A DNA stretch of 64,000 nucleotides from Lingula anatina. Its lineage: Eukaryota; Animalia; Brachiopoda. Made by a program: the position numbers and the translations under genes. Under the pieces are notes generated by a model that was not told where the DNA came from, did not search any database, and was given only the letters and a program-made list of their open reading frames with translations. The stretch spans positions 12,710,001 through 12,774,000 of the forward strand of contig CM120646.1 in the NCBI GenBank assembly GCA_051362555.1, read 5' to 3'. Below, piece after piece: positions 34,373 to 46,400 of this stretch; the first letter of the stretch is position 1, and each line of letters begins with the position of its first letter.

Positions 34373-36420
34373 TGTGTGTCCACAGCCACTTCTCCACCCT
34401 CACAAGAATATATAAATCCATGGCCATTGAGTAATTATATCCTCATCATCTTAGCTAACTATGGTCCTACCTTGTATTGCAGATATATATCTGGGGTCCC
34501 TGTTATCAAAACCGAGGAGGTGTTTCTTTATGTGTTTAACAGCAACGACCAAAAGATTTCTGGATGTCAACTAGGAGAAGATATTAAACTCGGGATAGAG
34601 TTGACCAAATCCCCAAGTAAGGAAAGACGCAGTGTAAAGCTTAGTATTGCTATTTGATAAGCGTATAATTTTATACTTGTAGTATGTATTTCATATTTAT
34701 TTGTACCATGTGATAGATGAATGAACGGCACCATGAAACTGAAGATTATTCTCTATCTGTATCTGAAACTAAAGATGTGAAACAAAGTGAAGTTACTGTA
34801 CATGTGAACCTCTAGCTTAGGCAGCATTTCAGATAGGCCCTACTTTTTCCAAGATTTTTACACATTGATATTTATATATATAGTCTTCATATCAGAAGAT
34901 GGGAGCAAAATTTATGTTAACTACGTAGGCATTTATAGACTCCTCATATATAGATATTTAATATACTACATACATCGTACCATTTTAGCTGCACAAGGTG
35001 CACGTCCGATGAACTGCATTGCTTATAATCCCAACAGAACGGCAGAAATCGCATTGCTGGTTGATGGGTAAGTGTGATTGCGTTTTGCGCCGATAGTCTT
35101 TTAGATTTTTTCTGGTTGATTTTTCACCGATACAGTTACGTAGAATATTGTAAAAAAAAATGGAAGAAATGCGTTAGTACATAAAGAGAGGATATTCCTG
35201 GAAAGTGTATTGCATTCATGACTCCTGCTTATATCAGCAGACACTTGCCACCCACGTTAGAAGATTGATTACAACAATTGTATATCAGTATTTAAAAATA
35301 TATAAAATGTTTCGCTGAAACTGCGTTTTCCCTTTCTTTTCCACATTAAAGATGCCCACTGACAACCAATCCACTGGACGCCATACTTGCATTGGGATTT
35401 GCAAGACAATCCACGTCGGCGGAGACTGCAGTGTCACATAGCGGTCTATTCAAGTGCTTCAGATTCCCAAGCAGTTTCTGGTACACGATTGAGTGTGAAG
35501 TCGAATTTTGTTCAAAGGACGATGACACCGAATGTATAAACGTGAGTAGGAACAGAAAGCGACACTTTACTATGGGGTCACCTATTATCCCTCATGGTCA
35601 TTATAAAATGGCACTATTATTTCAGGATACTTCATTGTTTTTTGTTTTAAATAAGTACTGAGGCAATCTCCACATTAACATCTGCTTATTTTGAACCAAG
35701 TTGGGGTTTTAATAAATCACCAGGGCAACATAGGAGGACTAAATTTTGCGTATTTCTTTAGTGATACAATTACCTACTGAAATAGGGATTTATCTGTTCT
35801 AGGCGCCGACCTGTGGTCAGAGAAGACGTCGGTCTGTGTCAGTCGATAGAGTTCAAAAGGTCTACGATACGATCAGGGTGACACTAGGCCGTCAATCGGG
35901 CCACGGAGTAAACTTTACTGGTAAGACAAAGAAAAACAAAAGAATTACGTGCTTAAGATAGAAACGCAAGAATATTGTAAACCATGACTGTGGTCCTTTT
36001 CATTGGCCTTTTGGTGTCTGAAAAAGTAAAGCAAAATATTTTTTAGCTTTTTAATAATTTTGTCATGGGCCTTAACGGATCTTGTCAAGTTACCGTACAA
36101 TTGTCGTCAAACTGGAAAGTTTTCATTCAAGCTTAAGGTTTATACTTTTTAAAGTACGAATTTAAATTGGTGAAACTAGGCTTTGTATCAGTTAACTCCC
36201 CCGTGATTTTCGTCTTTCAGGTGACAACTGGACAGGTGCCCGTGACGAGAAGTCATCGCAGACAACTTTGGCGCCAAAGATATGGGAATCCACGGAGTTC
36301 ATTGGTGTCGTCTGCGCTCTGGGGGTCGCCTCTCTTATTATTGCAATAATGTGTTTTGTTACGTGCTATCAGCGACGGATGATTCTGAAATCAAAAGAAA
36401 GCAGTAAATTTATTACATAG
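30887..36420 (+). CDS. ZP-module type I membrane protein A with N-terminal helical domain and two furin sites (~534 aa, 11 exons)
   Basis: Exons 30887-30922, 31910-32069, 32464-32592, 33120-33338, 33662-33849, 34147-34298, 34483-34616, 34989-35067, 35352-35541, 35803-35920, 36221-36420 join in one frame (1605 nt). Signal peptide; helical region; RKRR; 4-Cys ZP-N-like half; ZP-C motifs LLVDGCP, FKCFRF, IECEVEFC; RRRRS furin site; hydrophobic patch VYDTIRV; TM helix; short tail. Confidence 0.88.
31295..31586. mobile_element. MITE (~290 bp) in intron 1 of ZP gene A
   Basis: TIRs CAGTGGCGGATTCAGG ... CCTGGATCCGCACCTG with internal poly-G and poly-C tracts. Confidence 0.7.
32114..32171. repeat. 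(GGTAT)n microsatellite
   Basis: Interrupted pentanucleotide repeat seen directly. Confidence 0.9.
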
Positions 36421-38042
36421 TCTAGACTAACGTTTTGCTGTAAGACGTCATGCACAGTTACACAGTTATATGCCTTGCATAGTGAGCACCCTGGCGAAGA
36501 AATATGCAAGGGTTAGTGCGTACACTTCCTTTTTCAAAAATGTGCTGTACGCTCCTCTCAAATTTATTTTACGTCATATTTCTAGTCTTGAATCGGGCAG
36601 CTGTACAAAATCATAATTACGATATCCACTATTCTGAGTTATTGTTTAAGACTCTATAGAATATTTTTCTTTCTAGCTTTGTTCAAACTAATTGTCTTTT
36701 ATACACACCACAATGTCGGGTTCAACCCCCCCCCCCCCCAGCCAATCCTCCAATCCCCACCCACCTCCGTGCTGTGCCTGGTACATCATTTTGCATCTTT
36801 TTGTACGCCCTTGAGTTTGCCTTAGGCCAAGTCGCAGTCACACTTTCTAACGTGTCTGACATAAAGGCATATTCTGATATCATAGCGCACCCTGCAGCCT
36901 AGCCTGTTACAAAATTGAAGACAACAGAAAGAACTGATGAGTCTTTTCGTCATTTTTTTAACAGAAAAGACCACAGAGACACTTGTGCTATCTAGATATA
37001 CGAGGTATAATTCTAAAAAAATACTATGCAGTTTTCAAATAACGTTGTTGTTTTTTTTTCCTCTAGAACTGATTTTTGTGTTCGGGCGAATGGGATTATT
37101 TCTCTGTGGTTTCTTAAAATCAATTATTCAGGTATTGTGAAATTACTTCCAAAAGCTCTCATTCAAACAAAACGCATTTTTTCTAGATTGAAATAAAAAC
37201 TGATGAACCTCTTCTTAAAGCATTTTTGAATTTAGAAGGATAAGAGATAGTAGTTGTAAAAGAGTATATGATTTAAAAGTGTTCTAAGGAATTTCGTTGA
37301 AAACAAACCCAGTTTCAAGAATTCTCTAAAATTAAGGACATATTTATGTTTTTTAAGAATGATGAAAGAGAATAATACTAGACCAAAACATTCGTATATC
37401 TTGTCCTTAAAAGTGGACTTCAGAAATACATGTAACTACCTTCATAGACCACATGAATTTAGTTTACAAGGGATACAGTAAGTGTCTCCTTTTTCTTCAT
37501 TCGTTGTGGTATTTTTTCCTCCTTTTCGGATGAGAAAACGTCTTTAGTACTGTAACCAGTTTAAAGTAGCTAACATGTAATTAGCATAATTTATAACAAT
37601 TACTTAGTGTAACGTGACGTTGTATAACAAAAATCCGGACACCTTACGGCAAAAAGTACAAGATGCTTTTATGTAAACAGAGACGGAGTTAAAGTCTATT
37701 AAAAAGTAATTATTACTCAACATGTTTGCGTAGGAGCTGGACAGAAAGATATGTCAAAAGACGCCCAAGTTCACAAGCAGAAAGAAAAAAAATATAGTAT
37801 TATAAAAGCGGACGTCCCGTTCAGGTTGACGGTTTACATACGTTTGGCGATGATGCTGCACTCTGTAACCTTTTTTATCCCCGGGGTGGATGCCAATCTC
37901 AAGTTGACTAACACTTTTTGGAATGTCCCATACGTAAATTACCTTTAACTCGACGAATGCGGAAACTGGACTTTAAAAAGAAAGCTGGGCCATTTATCTG
38001 CAGGACCAGGTCATAGATTGCATAGACGTGAATAGTCATTAA

Positions 38043-38088
<46 letters not shown>
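38043..38088. repeat. (ATT)n microsatellite
   Basis: Trinucleotide run seen directly. Confidence 0.9.
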
Positions 38089-38090
<2 letters not shown>

Positions 38091-39760
38091 ACATATCGGT
38101 TCAAGAGTTTTCTTCGTATCAATTTTTCAAAAATCCGGAATGAAAATCGATAATTTCACTGTGATAAAAGAAAAGAAAGGGTGCATATTAAATATTTAAA
38201 CATATATTTAAATATTCTTAGTACAAGGTGGTTGGACTGCCACGCCAGAAGTACGTTGAGTCCATTGATATTCTGCCTCTTCCACACAAAGTACATTAAA
38301 AATAATATGTGAACCGAGTAACTACATTTCTTGATTTTCTTCGGAAAAAATATGCCCATGAAATAACACAGTCGCAGCTTACTTATGCCCCGATACGGCC
38401 AACTGGAGAATGCATCGAACGGCTCACCAATTCTGTTAAGAAAGTAATTTAACTCAGCAAGTTTGCGTAGGATCTGGAGCTGAAGGATAAAAGCAACATA
38501 AAAAAACGTTTACTACTCATAAAGACTGAAAGCCTGGAATGCTTGGTTAAAAAATTAAAACGTAAGAAGTGCACATAGTGCTTAAGAGAAAAAAATACCA
38601 TAGTTATGTCGCACTGAACTCACTTTCGTCTCGGGAGTTCATCCCCTTTGGGGAACATGTGCGTAATTTTTATTAACTTGATATTAGAAATACAGCACAA
38701 TTATTAAGCTTTGATTGTAAACATGGTCCCATAATTATGAAATACGAAACAATATATTAAATCTCAGATTAAGTAGAATGTGGAATTGTGTTTGAAGACG
38801 TTTGATGCCTGTTAGCATGTCTTAAAATGGTAATTACGAGAAGGTCAATTTTTTCAGTGTGCCTCCCGGATACGTTTGTCCCAAAAAATGTTATATTTGA
38901 GAAGGAAATGGCACGTCCCAAAACCACAATCCACGCCCCTTGCTAACAATGAATACAATACAGAATACAACACAGCTTGTAACGGGTCATAAACGACGAA
39001 TGAGATGACACTTAGGGATGAGGACCGTATCTTACACGGCACCGCTACCTTCCAGTTAATAGTTCGTCCGAGTGACTTGAGTCGACACAGCTCCAAATTC
39101 GGCGTCCAGAGTTTCAACTTCGAACTTCAACGGGAACGTGTTAAGGTAATGTAATCGCTCTGTGTCTACATGTATTTTTAGCGTAAAAATCTCCGGCTTG
39201 AACCAGCATAGTATATTTAATGATTTATGTTTTTTTATTCATAATTATCATTATTTATAGCATTTTTGTTTGCCATATACATGTTATGTTTGAAATGATT
39301 ATGCTTCTTCTCTTGTTTGAATATCACATCTATACGAGATGTGAAGATAAACGAGCATGGCCCGGTTTATGAGATGTTCACTTTGAAAAAAATTGCAGTT
39401 TTCGTAGCATTTCTATCGGAATATCAGACTTAACGGAAACTTCTGCCAGCTATCTGACAGTAAGTTTTTACTTGTATCTCTTTGTTGAGATTCATACTTT
39501 GGAAATTAACAAAAGAAAATATAGCATGGAGTGTTCTAGGGTATTCTGTTTTAGTTTTTGTTATTGTTAATCAAGGATAAGGTTCATTGTGTTACTGTGC
39601 TTGGAAGATCAGATATTCTCTTAAAAATTGATCTCTAAACACCCCTTGCAATTAGGGGCCTAGGATATTTGTGTTACTTTTATCATAAGAGAATCATCCG
39701 AAATAATTTCAAGCGACTTGATGGCGGACTTGATGGGGGACTTCTTGGGATTTGGAGGGT

Positions 39761-40385
39761 CAGGCCTACCCAACTACCAGACTCGGCACATAAGGATCCT
39801 GAATTAACCGGTATGTCGGACCACACTACCCGTTTTCAAGGTGTGTGTCAGATCGCATTTCGGAGTATCACGCCCCAGAACAAATTTTGTAGGACGACCG
39901 CGGGCTCATCCACGCTCGGCTGTCACCTTGATTGGATATTAAACGATTGTCGTAAAATCGCTGCATAATTTTAAAACCGGGTGCATAAATTTGAAATCCA
40001 CCTAGAACAACCTTAGACTGTACTCTTACTTTAGAGTACTCTATTTTATTGTCTCTATGGGGGTATATGGGGACGACATGAGGTTTGAATGCTTTAACCA
40101 CTTTTGATAGGGCTTTTTGGCATTGTATTAGATCAATGTGGCAGTCTAAGGTTGTTCTAGGTGGTTTTCAAATTTATGCACCCGGTTTTAAAATCATATA
40201 GCGATTTTACGGCAATTGTTTACTATCCAATCAAGGTGACAGCCGAGCGTGGGCTCATCCTGTCGGTGTTCTGACCGATACTCCGAAATGCGATCTGACA
40301 CACACCTTGAAAACGGGTAGTGTGGTCCGATATACCGGTTAATTCAGGATCCTTATGTGCCAAGTCTGGTGGTTGGGTAGGCCTG
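39761..40385. mobile_element. Long palindromic MITE (625 bp) with 5-bp target duplication AGGGT
   Basis: CAGGCCTACCCAAC... mirrored by ...GTTGGGTAGGCCTG; ~250-bp arms (39761-~40020 and ~40140-40385); AGGGT at 39756-39760 and 40386-40390. Confidence 0.9.
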
Positions 40386-40786
40386 AGGGTGGTGTCAGAA
40401 AAATACTTTATATTAACTCGTACGGTGCGGCAACGAATTAAAGCTGGTACAATCTATCTGCGTTTAATATTCTCTCAAATTCTGTCGAATAAGTGCTTTG
40501 TGCAAAAGTACACTTTTGAGATGATAAGCCCCAACTCACGCGGATTTTTGCGAGTTTTTAGTCTCGTGTCACATCGTCACGCGTATACCGTCATGCACTA
40601 CTGACAGCCTCGTTTCAGGCTATCTCAGATGTTACCAATGGCCATAGCATGTAATTGTGCTTTAATTTGGTTTTAAACATAAAAAAGGAGTTCCTATAAC
40701 TGGGTTTGGACCATCATTCAATACGGTTCCTAGCTTTGGGCTATGAAGGAAAGTGTTAGCAATTTTCGTCAAATACCTGTAGTATG

Positions 40787-40789
<3 letters not shown>

Positions 40790-40835
<46 letters not shown>
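40790..40835. repeat. (AAT)n microsatellite just upstream of the splice acceptor at 40854
   Basis: Trinucleotide run seen directly. Confidence 0.9.
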
Positions 40836-40836
<1 letters not shown>

Positions 40837-40893
40837 TGTCATTTTTCAATTCAGAACAATATTACAACCAGCCATACAAGCCCAACTGATGCT

Positions 40894-42340
40894 ATGTGGC
40901 GTGTGGTTATCTTACTCGTAAGTATCGGTATAAAAAAGAAGTGCAAAGTTTTTTTTTTCTTCGTAAGAGTAAGTTATCTAAGCCCTTGTATATAAATTGA
41001 AAAAGAAAAAAGATTATTATGTTCTTCTTTTTTTAAATAATATATTCAATCATGACCTCACAGTCGGTCCTTGAGTACATGGGAACACCAGTGCTATCAT
41101 GTACTCCTCAAAAGCTTAAGTTTCTTTAGAACTCAAATTCAGCAGGTTTGAGAAAAAGTGCCGGTATCCTATCAGCTTAATTGAAATGCAGGGGCTCTCT
41201 TGGTCTTTTTTCTATTATTTCATTTTATTTATCCACTTATTTTTTTCTTGTTTTTGTCGTTGTGTTTCTTTTGAGTTTACCTGTTGGTTGTTTATATGGT
41301 ATCTATTTAAATATTTGGATATGAAATTAAATTCATTTAAAAATAAAAGGCAAGTGAGTGTTACATATAACCGTGACATTTTGTGACACATCGTGACATA
41401 CAAGGTCACAAAATGCCACTGTAATATGTGGACCTTTTTCGGCAAAGGTGATTAAATATTTAATTTTTTGCAGACGTTAGTGACGGTGATATGGGCACAA
41501 ACCACGTACCCGGCTAATTTGACTTATTGTGCAGCGGGCGCTCAGGCTCTTACGACAGCGTTTACAGCAGCTAGCAATGTGGCCACGTTAAATCTGACAC
41601 AGGTAAGATTGAAGAAACGTCCAGTACCGAGAATTTATCGAGCCACTTGATTAATTTCCTAATAAATGGGTTAATGGTTGGTTGGAAAATTAAGCCATCG
41701 ATGTTTTTAAGCGCATTGCTGGTAATTTTTTCATTATTTATACACAGTGAAGCTTGACATTCGTCAAGGTTTTTTGTTTTATCTCACTTTGTTTCCATTT
41801 ATACATCTATATTTATCAATTTTTTTGTCTGTTTATTTATTTGTTATTTATTCGTTTATTTTTTCATCAACTGATTTATTTTGTTTTTCTTAGCATATTT
41901 ATTTTTCATTTTACAACATTTTCTTGGGCTTTTATTTGTTTCAACTCTACATTGTCTTTAGCTCATAGGAGAGCTGACAGAGGTGGCAAACCGAACGCAA
42001 AACATGAATATAACGGTGGAAAGGATTACGGAACAACGCCAGCTTTTCCAACACATTCGTGCCGTGGTGCAGGTGATGAAAGAGAATGCGGACTGGTATT
42101 TGGCATGCCTTGAAGCCTCTGATCAAGCAGGTCTCTCCCTCCCTCTCTCTCTTGGATAAGTTTTCAGACTGTTTGCATGCTTGTTTGCCTTTCTGTTAAT
42201 TTGTTAATTTGTTTATTCATTTATTTATTTTTTTACTTACTTCATGTTTTTTTTTAGTTGCTTGTCCTTTTGCTTCGTATTGAACTATTTTAGATAGTTT
42301 GTAACTCAAATTTCACCCAGCGGACCATTCTCTCTCTCTG

Positions 42341-42380
<40 letters not shown>

Positions 42381-42396
42381 AAATGTTCCCAGACAG

Positions 42397-42428
<32 letters not shown>

Positions 42429-42818
42429 TTTCCACGTTTGGACACTTGTCATTTCGTTTGTTTCTTTTCAGTCTATTGTTTGTCAGTATGAAATGCATCT
42501 TTTTGCAGGAGGTCCAGCGGCCCTAGCAATGCTAACCAGCCACTCAGCGGCGATTGCCAGCTTGTTAACGAAACTAGATGTACAAATCGGATCCCTTGAC
42601 GACCGCATCAACGCTCAGAGTGCGGCACCAATTTTCCGAAGAAGAAGACAACTCACTCAGACAGAGGAAGAAGAAACAGCCGTTCGTAAAAAGCGACAAC
42701 TCACACAGGAAGAGGATGAAGATTTAAGTCGTTTAATACAAATTCTGAGTAACTTCTTAGAGCAGATGGAATTGTTTTTGCAGTTGCTGATAGGTCCGAG
42801 AGGTAAGGACGTGCGCGC

Positions 42819-42856
<38 letters not shown>

Positions 42857-43396
42857 GTGTTATCAGTTTTCGACGTCCTTCATGAAAAAGTGGCGCCAAA
42901 GTATAACGGATTTTTTACTTAGAGTTTGTATACGGGAATACTGAAAGATCCGATTGTAAGACGGATATTTGTATGAAAATTCGTGCTGTAATTAACCTAC
43001 ATTAAAACTACCTTATACAGGATTTACCCGCCAAAATGTATTTCTGGGAAATGAAACAATTTTTCTACTTACTTAGCATGTCCCTAGACATGTTTTATTT
43101 CATCTTCAATTCAGCAATTTAGTTCTATGTGACTCTTCAGTCATTTAGAACGCCATGCCATCCTTGTACACGTCATACATAACTTTATCGGCGCTCGGTA
43201 CATTTAAGAGGTTATAATGTTTTTAAGATTTGAATTGGAAAAAAATAGTAGGTTTCTGGGATATGTAGACAACGAAATGTGGTTTTGAGAAATTCTCAAA
43301 CGCTCGCAGTGCACCTTGAAGTGTGGGAATGATGACTGACTATTAACACTCTAAATGAGATGAACCAACGTCCCCCTCCCCCCCCCCTCTCTCTCG

Positions 43397-43437
<41 letters not shown>

Positions 43438-46400
43438 ACACACACAAAGAGGTGGTTAAAGCTACTGTCACGCTTAGCGTATGAGAATAATCGCCCATAC
43501 GCAGACAAACACAAGACTTAGGCGCATACAAGAAGGAGATGTTTTGAGGATGTTCAAAAACAATTTCATACGCTGCTTTTTATGTTCATTTTAATGCGCT
43601 AGAAACACGATGATATCAAAGTTGTGCGTATAATGGATTATACTGACGATATTTCTTTACGCTTGGTGTGACAGAGCCTTAACCAAGAGAAATGTACGGC
43701 TGTCCAAGTACCTCTCGAAAATTAACTGTCGAGTTAGCCTGCTCTTGTCAGACGTCTACCAGAACAATATATATTCATAATCACTGGTGAAAAGTTCTAC
43801 TTAAAGACCCCGTGTAAAAATCGTAACGGTGATCCCTTCAAGGTATCAAACAAACAATACGTTTGTATTCTAGGTTTATTTGGAGCTTTTATCCGTCTTC
43901 TGTTTGCCTTGAGACCCGTATCTCTACATACATGCACGTAAATGAAATATATTTATTGAAATAAAAGGTTTTGCGATAATACACTTTCACAAATTTGATG
44001 GGTTTTGCAGCACTTATCGGATGCAGGGCGTCACCGGATTCCATAAGCGTCACTGTTTACGACAGCGTGGGGTTCGACGTCGTCAACGCTTACGTACTCA
44101 ACAAGAAGAGCGTAGAAGACTGTCGGGCGTCAGCCGGGGACGGTACGATATCCAATCCCTTTACCTTGTCGCTTGTGCCGAGTGGACCATGTGGCATTAC
44201 TGTAAGTTCGGAAACATGTCGAGCATTTCTGTTTAAATGGATATTTTTGTTTTTCGATCATCTCTGTATTTTTGTTTTGTAATGTGGAACTTATTAACAT
44301 CGGAGAGCATTTTAAACTGAGTTTCAAATCCTAAGTGTATCTTTTGTTTTGTGATTTTATGCCTACTTAAACTATTATCTTATAAAAAGGAATGTTTTGG
44401 TAATTAGAAGTAAGCAATGAATCATTGATACCTGTGTTTCATAGAAAACTGCAGTTTCTGCGATATGTTCTGTTATGATTCGATTCCTCGCAAAGTTTTC
44501 ATCCTAAAAGGTGACGTTTCTCACTGACCGTTAGACATCAAAGGCAATAAAACAATATCGATCACATGAAATTGTTGTAAAAAATATTTTCATAAAAAAA
44601 GGATCGAAGTACTTACTTCGAGATATATGTAAACTTAGGATCACGTGTATGTCAGTAAAAAAAAGGAGGCAGAAAGCTTATCAAATGATGTTTGAGTATA
44701 TTTAAAGTCGCATTTATAATCAACATTGACCTATTTTTATTACAAGTGAAAATGTTTTTTTTATATATATTTACATATATCATCTAAAAGCTATATTATA
44801 GGGAAGCGGGACTAACGCCGATCCATACACGGTAAAAGTTTTGGCAGTGCGCAGTGACATACTTGAATCCAGGCGTGACGTAGTGTTTGACGTCACATGC
44901 ACAGGGCCAACGTCACAACAAGTACTTGCAGGAATCGAGGTTTCCGATGTGTAAGTAAAAAGACCGAATACACTAATTATTCAAATTTCATTTAAACCAA
45001 GTTACTGTTCGACAATATTCACCTTCAGTATAAATAGATTTCAGCATTGCGTTTTGCGAAACGGTGGTACCACGTCAACCAAGCAATATTCAGTGGTGCC
45101 AGCCGCAGAAATAATTAACTAATACCAAAAAGGTAAGGAATGAGAAAACGACCTAGATGTAAAAACAATAGTCTAGTGTAAGGTTTATTATATTACAGAA
45201 CGTTTAACCAAGGAAGAGCTGAGACACGAACAGAAAACGTGATGCTGGAAGTCATTGACGGAGGTGGAAATGCTGTTACCACGTGTGCGCTAGGGGAAGA
45301 TATTAGGCTGCGCCTGACCTTAGTACCGTCTACTAGTAAGCACAGTACATGATCTTTTCCTCTGATTTGTCAGTATTTATTTACTCATTTTTTTTGACAT
45401 GTTACAAAATATTCATACGAACTGAACTCAAGATCTAACCAATGCGAGCATTCTAGAGCATCCCTTAAACATTGATCAAAATCATCCATACATTTTCTCT
45501 TCGTATTTCTTGGCAAAAAAAGGAACAATCTCTCTCACACTTGCACACACGTACACGCACCCGTCTTCACCATAGGTGTCAAGTCCGAAATTGGTTTCAT
45601 TTCAGCCGCACGTGGAGTGCGAGCAATTAACGTAGCTTCGTCACCTTCGTCGGACCCAACGGCTGCAACTGTAAACCTTCTAGCAAATGGGTAGGTACAT
45701 ATAGTTCATATTTGACATTTCACATTATAAACGTTTGTTTTTATACTCTATCTGTATATACACTATGTATCGTTTCATTTTAAAACCTTCCTAACCAGGA
45801 TTTCCCACCACTTACATTTACCGAATTTTCTCCGGGGTAAACGGCATTTCCCTCCGACTGATCAACGTTTTCATTCTATTTACTTCTTGATATCGCGGGA
45901 CTCTCGTGCCGTGACCCACGTTATTTTCAAACTGTGTCAAGAAGGCCCACTATCGAGGTTGAAAAGTGATTATTTTGCAATATTGATTACGGCCATTTAT
46001 CTCTCAATTTATTTCTTAAAAGTTAAAATTGTCCTCCGGTAATTTCGACAAGAAGCGATTCATGCTTTAAGAATGTGTTCAAAACATTGGCTTGGCTCAC
46101 TTTAATGTATTATTCAAGGTGTAAGTGTATATTATTAATCCAATTCTATTTGCAGGTGTCCTGTGAGTTCCAACCCTCCGGCAGCTGTTCTTGCTGCTGG
46201 CTTTAATGCTGTTGCTCCAAATCCGGGTAACGTTGTGATCTCCGGGGTTTTCAAATGTTACAAGTTCCCGGATGTGACAACGCTAAGGTTCGAGGCTGAA
46301 ATACAGTTCTGCACTGCAGATAATGATCAGTCTTGTACGGTAGGTAATAAGAATTATACTTTCTTTTATTGAAAATGCATTTTTGCTTTTATGTTGTTCA

